Shown: positions 26,603 through 35,387, numbered from the stretch's first letter. The stretch: 46,046 nt of DNA from Candidatus Omnitrophota bacterium (GCA_016209715.1 JACQVP010000087.1:1-46046); one strand, 5' to 3'. Program-made: numbers and translations. The notes: generated from the sequence alone by a model not told the origin.

Positions 26603-27342
26603 TGCCGGGGCGGGCCGCGTCTCCCTGCGTCGCGGGCATCGACGGGGCCCGCGGGGGATGGTGTCTCGTTCTCAAGGACCTGGACACCGGCGAAATCTCC
26701 GGCCGGGTCTTGAGGACATTCGACGAGGCCCTGGACCTTCCGCAAAATCCCAGAATCGTGGCCGTGGATATGCCGATAGGCCTTTTGAATCGGGCGGAGC
26801 CCGGCGGCCGTCTTTGCGATCGCGAGGCCAGGAAGTTCTTGGGCCGGCCGCGCCAAACCAGTGTTTTTTCGCCGCCAGTGAGGCCTGCGCTTGAGGCCGC
26901 CTCTTATCGCGCCGCTTTGAAGCTCAACCGGGCGAGCTCTCCTTCCGCCATTGGAATTTCCATCCACTGTTACGGTTTGTTCCGGAAATTGAGAGAGATC
27001 GACCGCCGGATGACCCCGGCCTTGCAGAGGCGTTTTAGGGAAGCGCACCCCGAGATTTGCTTTTCTCTCCTCAACGGGGCGCCCGTCACGGCGCCCAAGC
27101 GAACTGGTGCCGGAAGGAACATCCGGCAAAATCTTCTGACGCGGGCCGGATACCGGTCCGTCCGCTGGGCGGGCGGATTCGGTCCTTCCCAGGCATCGAC
27201 GGATGACGTCTTGGACGCCCAGGCGTTGTGCTGGATGGCGGAGCAGATTTATTATGAAAGGGTGCGGCCCCTTTCCGAAGGGCCAGCCCCACGCGACGAG
27301 CGGGGGCTCAAAATGGAAATATGGGGGAACCGATGCCTGTGA
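26602..27342 (+). CDS. DUF429-family protein (predicted RNase H-like fold)
   Basis: VAGIDGARGGWCLV and VAVDMPIGL blocks typical of DUF429. Its start overlaps the GST stop (TGATG). Confidence 0.6.
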   Translation: MPGRAASPCVAGIDGARGGWCLVLKDLDTGEISGRVLRTFDEALDLPQNPRIVAVDMPIGLLNRAEPGGRLCDREARKFLGRPRQTSVFSPPVRPALEAASYRAALKLNRASSPSAIGISIHCYGLFRKLREIDRRMTPALQRRFREAHPEICFSLLNGAPVTAPKRTGAGRNIRQNLLTRAGYRSVRWAGGFGPSQASTDDVLDAQALCWMAEQIYYERVRPLSEGPAPRDERGLKMEIWGNRCL

Positions 27343-29945
27343 CGAATCCTTATCGCCTCGATCGATCCGTTGTTCCCGTGACTTACGCCATCGAGCTGGA
27401 GCCTGATCTCGAACGCTTCGTCTTTCGGGGAAGCGAGGAGATCGTGATTCGCGCGCTGAAACCGTTTTCCCGGATCACGCTCCACGCGCTCGACCTGAAG
27501 ATCGTGAAGGCCTCGCTGGACCCGGCCGGCTCCCGAGATTCGCTTCCCGCCCGCCGCATCGATTATGATCCGGAAATGGAGACGGTCACGCTGGACTTCG
27601 GCCGCGTTATCCCGCGCCAGAAGGCCGCGCGGCTCCGGCTCGAATTCACGGGGGAGCTGAATGACCAGATGCACGGATTTTACCGGACGCGTTATGAGGC
27701 GGGAGGGCGCGAGCGCTGGGGCGCGGCGACGCAGTTCGAGGCCACCGATGCCCGCCGTGCTTTTCCGTGCTGGGACGAACCGGATTTCAAGGCCCAGTTT
27801 GACATCACCCTCACCGTGCCCTCCGGCCTGACGGCCCTTTCCAACATGCCGGTCCGGTCCCAACGCAGGGCCGGAAACGGGAAGAAGCGGATTTCGTACG
27901 AGACCACGCCCGTGATGTCCACGTATTTGGTCGCGTTCGTGGTGGCGGACCTCGTTTATTCGGAGGCCAAAGACCGGGACGGCGTCCTGATCCGAGTGTA
28001 CACCGCGCCGGGCAAGAAGGAACAAGGCCGATTCGGTCTGGACGTGGCTCTCCACACGCTCCCGTTTTTCGCGGACTGGTTCGGCATCCCGTACGCCTTG
28101 CCCAAACTAGACATGGTGGCGTTGCCGGATTTTGCTTCCGGCGCCATGGAAAATTGGGGGCTCGTGACTTATCGGGAAACCGCTTTGCTGGTCGACCCCA
28201 AACAATCCTCGGCCTCCGCCCGGCAGCGCGTCGCGGAAGTGATTGACCATGAATTGGCGCACCAGTGGTTCGGGAATCTGGTGACGATGAAATGGTGGAC
28301 CGATCTTTGGCTGAACGAGGGTTTCGCGTCCTTCATGGGACCCAAGGCCGTCGACCGGCAATTCCCGGAATGGAAGGTCTGGGACCAGTATTTCGCCAAC
28401 GAATGCCTGGGCGCTCTCCGCGCGGACAGTTTGCGGAACACCCATCCGATCGAAATTCCCGTCAAAAATCCGCACGAAATCCGCGAGATCTTCGACGCCA
28501 TCACTTACAGCAGGGGGTCCGTCGTCTACCGGATGCTCGAGCATTATCTCGGGGAAGCGGTCTTTCGCCAGGGGCTGCGGCGTTATCTGAAGCGCCATGC
28601 GTTCGGCAACGCCGGCACCGGGGATCTCTGGCGGGCGCTGGAAGAAGTCTCCGGCAAGCCGGTCAGTTCCCTGATGGCCGCCTACACGCGTCAACCCGGT
28701 TACCCGCTAGTGTCGGTCGAATCCCGACGGCGTGGCGAGAACCTGACGCTTTCACTGGAACAATCACGTTTTCTTTTCGACGGGGCCGAAGACCGCGACA
28801 ATTTGCGCTGGAAGGTGCCCGTGGCCATGACCGGGGCAGGCCTGGGCAAACAGCACCTGACCTTGCTCGGCGGCCGCCGGACTTCGATCCGTCTGCCGGT
28901 GCCTCCGGGCGGATGGGTCAAGCTGAACGCGGGGCAAACCGGTTTTTACCGGGTCCGGTATCCCGAGGAGCTTTTGCGGCCTCTCGTGGCGAGACTCGAG
29001 CAGCGCGCCTTTTCGGTGAGCGAATGTCTGGGGATACTCAGTGACGTCTTTGCCCTGACGCGTTCCGGTCACGCGACCACCGCACAGGCGCTGGACTTGA
29101 TCTGGAGCGCGCGCAAGGAAACCGATTTCAATGTCTGGGCGGCCATGATCGGGATGTTGCGCGACATAGAAAACGTCCTGACGGCCGACCGCGCGCTTCC
29201 CGAACTTCAGGTACTGGGAAGAAAACTCCTTTTGCCGGTCGCTCGCCGGCTGGGCTGGGACCCAAGGCCGGAAGATCGTTATTCCGACATTCTCCTGCGT
29301 TCGATGGCCCTGAGCAATCTCGGGCATTTCGGAGAGTTGGAAACCGTCCAGACCGCGCGCCGCAAGTTTCTGGACCACACTCGAAACGGGCGCCTGAATC
29401 CCAATTTGCGCCAGGCCGTGTACGCGATCGCCGCCGAATTCGGCACCGCTGCGGAATACGAGGGGCTTTTGGAAATTTATGCGTCCGCGGGCATGCAGGA
29501 GGAGAAAGTGCGGGTCTTGCGCGCTTTGACCCGCGTCCGCGACTCCAAACAGATCCCGCGCATCCTCAAATTCGCCCTGTCGCCGCGCGTGCGGCCCCAG
29601 GACTCTTACGTCATTTTGGGGGGATTCGGCGGGAATCCGGCGGCGCGGGAGGCCGCTTGGGATTTCGTCCGGGCCAATTGGCGCGTCTTGGAAAAGCGTT
29701 ACCGGGGCGGGAGCGTGAATCTGTTCGGGCACATCGTCGAGGGCGCCGTGACGGGTTTTTCGACGCTCGAGAAGTGGCGTTCGGTCCGCGCCTTTTTGAA
29801 CATGCATCCCGTGCAGGGAACCGAACGGACGGTCCGTCAATCCTTGGAAGTGATCAAGTCCAACGCCGCTTGGGCCGGCCGGGGAACCCGGGAATTGCGG
29901 GCCTGGTTCAGCGCAAACGCGCCAACTCTTCGTTCAGAAAGCTGA
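27321..29945 (+). CDS. pepN: M1-family aminopeptidase N
   Basis: GAMENWG exopeptidase motif and the zinc site HELAHQWFGNLVTMKWWTDLWLNEGFA. ERAP1-like C-terminal domain. An alternative ATG at 27333 is possible. Confidence 0.9.
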   Translation: MGEPMPVTNPYRLDRSVVPVTYAIELEPDLERFVFRGSEEIVIRALKPFSRITLHALDLKIVKASLDPAGSRDSLPARRIDYDPEMETVTLDFGRVIPRQKAARLRLEFTGELNDQMHGFYRTRYEAGGRERWGAATQFEATDARRAFPCWDEPDFKAQFDITLTVPSGLTALSNMPVRSQRRAGNGKKRISYETTPVMSTYLVAFVVADLVYSEAKDRDGVLIRVYTAPGKKEQGRFGLDVALHTLPFFADWFGIPYALPKLDMVALPDFASGAMENWGLVTYRETALLVDPKQSSASARQRVAEVIDHELAHQWFGNLVTMKWWTDLWLNEGFASFMGPKAVDRQFPEWKVWDQYFANECLGALRADSLRNTHPIEIPVKNPHEIREIFDAITYSRGSVVYRMLEHYLGEAVFRQGLRRYLKRHAFGNAGTGDLWRALEEVSGKPVSSLMAAYTRQPGYPLVSVESRRRGENLTLSLEQSRFLFDGAEDRDNLRWKVPVAMTGAGLGKQHLTLLGGRRTSIRLPVPPGGWVKLNAGQTGFYRVRYPEELLRPLVARLEQRAFSVSECLGILSDVFALTRSGHATTAQALDLIWSARKETDFNVWAAMIGMLRDIENVLTADRALPELQVLGRKLLLPVARRLGWDPRPEDRYSDILLRSMALSNLGHFGELETVQTARRKFLDHTRNGRLNPNLRQAVYAIAAEFGTAAEYEGLLEIYASAGMQEEKVRVLRALTRVRDSKQIPRILKFALSPRVRPQDSYVILGGFGGNPAAREAAWDFVRANWRVLEKRYRGGSVNLFGHIVEGAVTGFSTLEKWRSVRAFLNMHPVQGTERTVRQSLEVIKSNAAWAGRGTRELRAWFSANAPTLRSES

Positions 29946-30891
29946 TTCCGGTGACCGTCTCCGCCGACGGGAGGGCCCCGTGGCGGATGAGGTAGCTCTG
30001 GATCCGGGATTGCCTCCCCGTTTGCAGCGAGTCTTTGTGCTTGATTCCAGCCAGAGAAAGTGATTTTCCCAAGGTTTCAATATGGGCCAGTCCGCGGACG
30101 ATGAAGTGGACCGAGTCCGGATGGCTGGCTTGAATTTCCGCGATCGAATCGGCCAGGGCTTGGTCGCGGATCCAGAGGGACCGTTTCAAACGGCGATAGG
30201 CGAGCGCCAGGCTGGCCAGAGCCAGGTCCTTGCGCCCCTTTTCCCGCCAATATTCGGTCATGCGACCTAAGGCATCCCGCCGCAAATCTTCCACGTACGC
30301 CTCGAAGGACGGCTCCTCGCGCAGGATACGGATCTTCCAGGGATTTCCCGCGAGCGCGGTCAAGTCCGGGTGAATCTTCCGCATGAAATCATCGCTCAAG
30401 AAAGGTTTTTTTTCGGGAAAAAGGTCTTCTTTGCGCCGGGCCCTCTCAAACGGATCTCTCAAGGCTATCTCCGTCTCGTGCGGCAGGGTGTTTTCGAGCA
30501 ATTCCCGCTGCCAGTTGACGGCGGAGCCTGCGGCAGAAGGGATCTTTCGCTGAAGGCCGCGGACCGTGTCTGGCATGCCGCCGGGGTAGGCGTGTTCGAG
30601 CCAAATGAAAACCGGGACATCCGCCGGAACGTCCCGAAGGGAACGGCGGATCAGGACGGAACACCATTCGGCATCCCTTGCCGAACCGTGGGCGGACAAC
30701 ACGACCTGAACGGCGGGCAGAGGCGCGGCGGCATAGGGGACGGAGACCGGGGCCGGACGGAGAACCAGGTTCCAAAATTGGCGCTGCGGGCCGGAGACGG
30801 GGGCATTTTCAAGGGCGGTTTCGGCCGGTTGGGCCGGCACGGGAAAGGAGAGAATAAAGGCCAGGAGGAAGGACACGGTTTTGCTTTTCAT
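29908..30891 (-). CDS. Hypothetical secreted protein
   Basis: Signal peptide (VSFLLAFILSFPVPAQPAE). A mixed alpha/beta-looking 327-aa protein. The faint VVLSAHGS...FIVRGLAHIE pattern is reminiscent of ChaN/Tiki-type folds, but this is not supported further. Confidence 0.55.
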   Translation of the reverse strand: MKSKTVSFLLAFILSFPVPAQPAETALENAPVSGPQRQFWNLVLRPAPVSVPYAAAPLPAVQVVLSAHGSARDAEWCSVLIRRSLRDVPADVPVFIWLEHAYPGGMPDTVRGLQRKIPSAAGSAVNWQRELLENTLPHETEIALRDPFERARRKEDLFPEKKPFLSDDFMRKIHPDLTALAGNPWKIRILREEPSFEAYVEDLRRDALGRMTEYWREKGRKDLALASLALAYRRLKRSLWIRDQALADSIAEIQASHPDSVHFIVRGLAHIETLGKSLSLAGIKHKDSLQTGRQSRIQSYLIRHGALPSAETVTGISFLNEELARLR

Positions 30892-30927
30892 GGGAGTTTT
30901 TCGGGCGCACTATATCACATAATACTC

Positions 30928-30957
30928 TTCGACACCTCAAAAATGCTGACTTATAAT
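30928..30957 (+). promoter_or_regulatory. Candidate promoter TTCGAC-N18-TATAAT
   Basis: TTCGAC at 30928-30933 and TATAAT at 30952-30957. Followed by the hairpin AAGCCG-aaccatg-CGGCTT (30958-30976) in the leader of the 31019 gene. Confidence 0.35.
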
Positions 30958-31018
30958 AAGCCGAACCATGCGGCTTGAAGAATTTGATCAATGATGCGTA
31001 AAGAAGAGGTCCCTTGCA

Positions 31019-31360
31019 ATGGAAAATAAAGAGCTGTTCGACAAGGCCGAGAAAGCGCTGAACAATGCGTTTGAAGCGGTGAAGGCTTCGGTGAAAGTTG
31101 TTTCTGAAAAGACGGGGGAAGCGGCCCACATCACCAAACTTATGATCGAGAAAGTTTCCCTGGAACATCGCGTCAACAAAAAATTCGCCCAGCTCGGAAG
31201 CCGGGTGTACGATATTTCAGTCCGCGAAGGGCGCGCCGTGTCCGGCAACGACCCGGACATCCAAAAAATAGTCGACGAAACGCGTAAACTAGATGTGGAA
31301 TTGGCGCAGGTCGAAGCCGAAATCGAATCCGAAAGAAAAAAGAAGAAGACTGCGGTTTGA
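31019..31360 (+). CDS. Hypothetical small coiled-coil protein
   Basis: 113 aa, all-helical in appearance, with a K-rich C-terminus (ESERKKKKTAV). No family recognised. Confidence 0.5.
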   Translation: MENKELFDKAEKALNNAFEAVKASVKVVSEKTGEAAHITKLMIEKVSLEHRVNKKFAQLGSRVYDISVREGRAVSGNDPDIQKIVDETRKLDVELAQVEAEIESERKKKKTAV

Positions 31361-31364
31361 CCGC

Positions 31365-32591
31365 TTGCTGTCCCGTCGGCGGCTAATCCCGGTCCTGCTT
31401 CTTGCCTCCCTTCAGGCCGGATTTTCTTTTCACAAACCGGCTCTGAATGACCAGGACCGCCATTATTTGGACGGGATCTACCGGGACACTTGGAATTATC
31501 TGGCCTCTTCGGCCAATGAGCTGACAGGAATTCCCTATGATTCGAGTGCCAGGCAGCCGGCCAGTTCGCTCTCGAACGCCGGCCTCTATTTGGCGGCCAC
31601 CGCGATCGCCGAGCGCACGGGACTCATCTCGCGGAAGGAGGCGCTGGCGAGGCTCGGCACTTGCCTTGTGAGCCTGCGAAAAATCGAAACCTGGCGGGGC
31701 ATTCCCCGGCCCTGGTTCCTCGTCAAATCCCTCCGGCCCACCCACGGCGATGAATTTTCCTACGGTTCGCACCTGGCAAATTTATTGGGTGGGCTGGTGA
31801 TCGTCAAAATGATCTTTCCCGAACTCGACGGCCTCGTTTCATCGCTGCTCGGGCGTATGGATTTCAGCGATTTCTATGACGCCAAGAACGGCTGGCTGAA
31901 AGCCGGTTACAACGTGAAACACCAGAATTTCGCCGTCTTTCAGGCCTGGGGCCACTGGTATCACAAATATTTCGCTTCCGAAACGCGTCTCTTGAGTTTC
32001 TTTTTGATCGCCGGGAAGAAAGTGCCGCCCGAGCATTGGTTCGCGCTGATCCGGCCGGAGCGGAAAGAAGACGGCGAGGTCTTTTACGCCGCGGGGCCGG
32101 AGGACGGCGGCCTCTTCACCCAGTTTCTCTCGGGCCTGTTTCTAGAGGAAGGCGAAACCGAGATGGGGAATTCGCAGCGGCGTTTCGCGCGCGCGCAGAT
32201 GAAACACGCCGCCCGAATCGACTCGCCCGTTTGGGGCTGGTCGTCTTGCGAGAGTCCGGACGGAAGGTATTTGGCTTACGGAGAACTGCGGGATGAACTG
32301 GTGGCCCCCTACGCCTCCTTGCTGGCGGCCATTTATTTTCCCCGGCAGGCGGCCCAAAACCTTCAGGAAATCGAGAAATTCGGGGCCCGTCCCGGGTCGT
32401 TAGGGTTTCTCGACTCGGTCAACTGGCAAACGGCGGAAACCGCGCGGCATTACTTGACCGCCAATCAGGCCATGGCCTTTCTTTCTCTAGCGAATCTTCT
32501 GCACGACGGCATCGTCTGGAAGACGTTCGCGGCGTATCCCGTCGCGGCGCAGGGCCTGGAAATTCTGGCTTCGCTGGAGAAGTCCTCGTGA
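31365..32591 (+). CDS. Putative (alpha/alpha)6-barrel glycoside-hydrolase-like protein (DUF3131 / glucoamylase-like family, tentative)
   Basis: Blocks YRDTWNYL, GIPYDS, SNAGLYLAATAIA, WGWSSCESPDG and GFLDSVN resemble the DUF3131/putative-glucoamylase family as I recall it. The ORF track starts at 31293, overlapping the previous gene by 68 nt. The in-frame TTG at 31365 gives a signal-peptide-like N-terminus. Start uncertain. Confidence 0.45.
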   Translation: MLSRRRLIPVLLLASLQAGFSFHKPALNDQDRHYLDGIYRDTWNYLASSANELTGIPYDSSARQPASSLSNAGLYLAATAIAERTGLISRKEALARLGTCLVSLRKIETWRGIPRPWFLVKSLRPTHGDEFSYGSHLANLLGGLVIVKMIFPELDGLVSSLLGRMDFSDFYDAKNGWLKAGYNVKHQNFAVFQAWGHWYHKYFASETRLLSFFLIAGKKVPPEHWFALIRPERKEDGEVFYAAGPEDGGLFTQFLSGLFLEEGETEMGNSQRRFARAQMKHAARIDSPVWGWSSCESPDGRYLAYGELRDELVAPYASLLAAIYFPRQAAQNLQEIEKFGARPGSLGFLDSVNWQTAETARHYLTANQAMAFLSLANLLHDGIVWKTFAAYPVAAQGLEILASLEKSS

Positions 32592-33682
32592 AGCGGATCG
32601 GGATTTTGACCGGCGGCGGTGATTGCCCCGGACTGAACGCCGTCATTCGTGCCGTCACCAAAGCGGCTCACCAATCGGGCTATCAGGTCCTCGGGTTCCA
32701 GGACGGTTATGCCGGCCTGGTACTGAACCGCTTCATGGTCCTCACGGACGCCCTGGTGTCGGGTATCCTGACCCAAGGAGGGACCATCCTCGGCACCTCC
32801 AACAAGGCCAATCCCTACCGCTGGCCGGTGCCGAAAAGATCCGGCACGAAGAGGGCCCGCCTGGGGGATGTGTCGAAGAAGGCGTTGGCCCATTTCAAGA
32901 AGAACCGGCTCCGGGGGCTCATCGTGACCGGCGGGGACGGCACTATGGCCATCGCCAAAAAATTGCACGACGACGGCGTTCCGATCGTCGGTATCCCGAA
33001 GACGATCGACAACGATCTCCCCGGCACCGACATCACTTTCGGGTTCGAGACCGCCGTGATCACGGCCGCCGACGCGATCGATAAAATCCACACCACCGCG
33101 CAATCGCATCACCGCGTGATGGTGGTGGAAGTCATGGGCCGGTACGCCGGCTGGATCGCGCTTTACTCCGGAGCCGCGAGCGGCGGCGACGTCATCCTCA
33201 TTCCTGAAATTCCCTACCGTATCGAGGCCGTCTGCCGAAAAATCCGGGAGCGTGCCCGGGCCGGCAAGCATTTCACCATCATCGTCGCGGCCGAAGGCGC
33301 TAAACCGCTGGGCGGGCGCTGGACGGTGCAGCGTCGCGTCGCCGACAGCACGGATCCGATCCGCCTGGGTGGGATCGCCTCCAAGGTGGCCTATGAGGTG
33401 GAGAACAAAACGGGCCTGGAAGCCAGATCGATTGTTCTGGGCCATGTGCAGCGAGGCGGCAGCCCGACCCCCTTCGACCGCCTGCTCGCTACCCGCTTCG
33501 GCACCGCCGCCATGCGTCTGGCCGAATCGGGAAGCTTTGGCCGCATGGTGGCTTACAAGAATAACTGTATCGAGAGCATTTCCCTGGAAGATGCCGCGGG
33601 CCCGATCCGGACTGTGCCGGCGGATCATCCCCTCCTCGTTTCGGCGCGCACGGTGGGGACCAGTTTCGGCGATCTTGATTGA
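32588..33682 (+). CDS. pfkA: 6-phosphofructokinase
   Basis: IGILTGGGDCPGLNAVIRAV, VTGGDGT and IPKTIDNDL motifs. Gly at the E. coli position-104 equivalent and Lys at the 124 equivalent. Confidence 0.9.
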   Translation: MKRIGILTGGGDCPGLNAVIRAVTKAAHQSGYQVLGFQDGYAGLVLNRFMVLTDALVSGILTQGGTILGTSNKANPYRWPVPKRSGTKRARLGDVSKKALAHFKKNRLRGLIVTGGDGTMAIAKKLHDDGVPIVGIPKTIDNDLPGTDITFGFETAVITAADAIDKIHTTAQSHHRVMVVEVMGRYAGWIALYSGAASGGDVILIPEIPYRIEAVCRKIRERARAGKHFTIIVAAEGAKPLGGRWTVQRRVADSTDPIRLGGIASKVAYEVENKTGLEARSIVLGHVQRGGSPTPFDRLLATRFGTAAMRLAESGSFGRMVAYKNNCIESISLEDAAGPIRTVPADHPLLVSARTVGTSFGDLD

Positions 33683-33698
33683 AATGTATCTCTCTTAA

Positions 33699-33707
33699 TG
33701 ATATATT
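33699..33707 (+). promoter_or_regulatory. Extended -10 element TGaTATATT upstream of ptsN
   Basis: TG-a-TATATT at 33699-33707, 15 nt before ATG 33723. No SD and no good -35. Confidence 0.3.
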
Positions 33708-33722
33708 GATGCAATTTTTCAT

Positions 33723-34184
33723 ATGAAAATAGAAGAACTTTTAGATTCCTCCGCCATTCTCTTCGAATTCGAAGCCGAGAGCAAAGACGACGCCCTCAAG
33801 AATCTCGCCAAGCATTTTTCCGCCATCTACACTGACGTTAGTTCCCGGTCGCTTCTGAATATCTTGCGTAAGCGGGAACAGCTCGGTTCCACCGGGATCG
33901 GGGGAGGCGTGGCCATTCCTCACGCCCGTTCGGACAAAATGACCAAGCCGGTCAGCATGCTGGCGATTTCCAGAAAAGGGGTGGAGTTTCAGGCGCTGGA
34001 CGGCGAGCCGGTTTATATCTTTTTTCTCATCGTGGACCCGCAGCAACCGGTCGGGGATCACTTGAAGGCCCTGGCCAAGATCGCCAAGCTCCTCCGAGAC
34101 AAATTCGTGCGCGATTCCATCCTGCGCGCGGATTCCACTGTCCGGGTGATGGAAATCCTGCAATTGGAAGACGCCAGGGCATGA
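33723..34184 (+). CDS. ptsN: PTS EIIA type-2 domain protein (EIIA-Ntr-like)
   Basis: 153 aa with the phosphorylation-site block GIGGGVAIPHARS and a typical EIIA-2 layout. Confidence 0.8.
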   Translation: MKIEELLDSSAILFEFEAESKDDALKNLAKHFSAIYTDVSSRSLLNILRKREQLGSTGIGGGVAIPHARSDKMTKPVSMLAISRKGVEFQALDGEPVYIFFLIVDPQQPVGDHLKALAKIAKLLRDKFVRDSILRADSTVRVMEILQLEDARA

Positions 34185-34342
34185 GCGCCCAACGAATCGG
34201 GTGTGTCAGCGAAGCCCGGTGGATCGTTCTCGCCGTTCTTTTTTTCCTCCTGGCCGGATGCGGAGAGACCATCCGCGGCATCAGCAAAGACGGTTCCCGC
34301 GTGGTCAAGGGCGTCAAGACGATTTTCGTGAGCGGGGAATAA
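34181..34342 (+). CDS. Small (53 aa) lipoprotein, entericidin-like (not in ORF track)
   Basis: Hand translation: MSAQRIGCVSEARWIVLAVLFFLLAGCGETIRGISKDGSRVVKGVKTIFVSGE. Lipobox LLAGC followed by a G/K-rich amphipathic tail, as in EcnA/B-type lipoproteins. The ATG overlaps the ptsN stop (ATGA). Confidence 0.5.
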   Translation: MSAQRIGCVSEARWIVLAVLFFLLAGCGETIRGISKDGSRVVKGVKTIFVSGE

Positions 34343-34346
34343 CTTT

Positions 34347-35306
34347 TTAGGTCGCGGTGCCGATGGCCGCGGCCGGCACCGCCGTCACGTCTTCCTGTCC
34401 GGACTTTCCATCGCCGACCATTCCTGCCTGCGATTTGATCACGATTTCCGCCGTCCCCGGCACCACGGTCAAATGATCCGCGGTCACGCGATAAAGTGGC
34501 TTCGGCGTAAACTTCAATTTCCGGGTCTTCTTTTGGAGGAAATTCCGCCGGTCCTGGTCGGGCGGATGGCCTTTCATGTAGTCCACGAAACGTCCGACGT
34601 CCTCCACCGGGACTTTGGACAGCCGATCCGTGAGCCGGTAGAGTCCTTTCGGGTCGAACCCCGCTTTGGTCATATAGAAAACGGCATCCGCGTCCGCTTC
34701 CTCTTCGTCATTGCCTTTGAATTTGTTGCGGATGCGAGGCGACGCGTAGCCGATCGCCCTCACGCCGGCATACGCCGCGGAGCCGTAGGTGCCCGCCAAC
34801 CCGCTGCCTTCTTGCGCGCCTTTGAGGACCAGGTCGTAACCTTTTCTGACTTTATTGTATCCCTCCGGCTTGTAATCCCGGTTTGCGATGTGACCGATTT
34901 CGTGCGCCAAGGCGCCGGCCAGTTCGGCTTCCGAATCGATGAAATAGAAGAATCCCCGGGTGATGTAAATGCGGCCGCCGGGAAGCCCGAATAAATCGAT
35001 GTCGTCGGAATCAAGGATGAAAAACCGGTAGGGAAGATTCGGGCGCTCCGAAACTTGGGCGATCTTTTTTCCGATGTAGGAAACGTAGGCGTGAAGTTCA
35101 GGGATCGTGTAGAGCTTATACTTGGGCGCTTGATAGGGATTTTGCGATTCGAAAAGGGCTTTGTGCGCCTCGTCACCGACTCTGATTTCTTCGATGTCCT
35201 CGAGCGAAACCGGAAGATACGGGCTGATGATTTCGTTCTGCGTCAGGCGGGAGCAACCCGATATTACGGCAAAAATCGCGATCACCACCCACACTGCACG
35301 CCTCAC
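34347..35306 (-). CDS. M48-family zinc metalloprotease lipoprotein
   Basis: HEXXH motif in ALAHEIGHIANRD. GTG 35306 is preceded by AGGAAAGGG and gives the classic lipoprotein signal MRRAVWVVIAIFAVISGC. The ORF track runs on to TTG 35387, which sits inside the promoter. Confidence 0.8.
   Translation of the reverse strand: MRRAVWVVIAIFAVISGCSRLTQNEIISPYLPVSLEDIEEIRVGDEAHKALFESQNPYQAPKYKLYTIPELHAYVSYIGKKIAQVSERPNLPYRFFILDSDDIDLFGLPGGRIYITRGFFYFIDSEAELAGALAHEIGHIANRDYKPEGYNKVRKGYDLVLKGAQEGSGLAGTYGSAAYAGVRAIGYASPRIRNKFKGNDEEEADADAVFYMTKAGFDPKGLYRLTDRLSKVPVEDVGRFVDYMKGHPPDQDRRNFLQKKTRKLKFTPKPLYRVTADHLTVVPGTAEIVIKSQAGMVGDGKSGQEDVTAVPAAAIGTAT
34354..34382. repeat. GC-rich perfect inverted repeat GCGGTGCCG-N11-CGGCACCGC
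   Basis: 9-bp arms at 34354-34362 and 34374-34382. It starts 12 nt past the small-lipoprotein stop and lies inside the last codons of the convergent M48 gene. No U-tract on either strand. Confidence 0.35.
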
Positions 35307-35358
35307 GGCTGTCCCTTTCCTGATTCGATTTTTTAGAAATGACGTTGTTCTAACCATA

Positions 35359-35387
35359 AGTATAATAGCTGTATATGGCATTTGCAA
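35359..35387 (-). promoter_or_regulatory. Promoter TTGCAA-N17-TATACT for the M48 protease gene
   Basis: Minus-strand reading: TTGCAA at 35387-35382 and TATACT at 35364-35359, with an exact 17-nt spacer. Lies about 46 nt upstream of GTG 35306. Confidence 0.5.
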
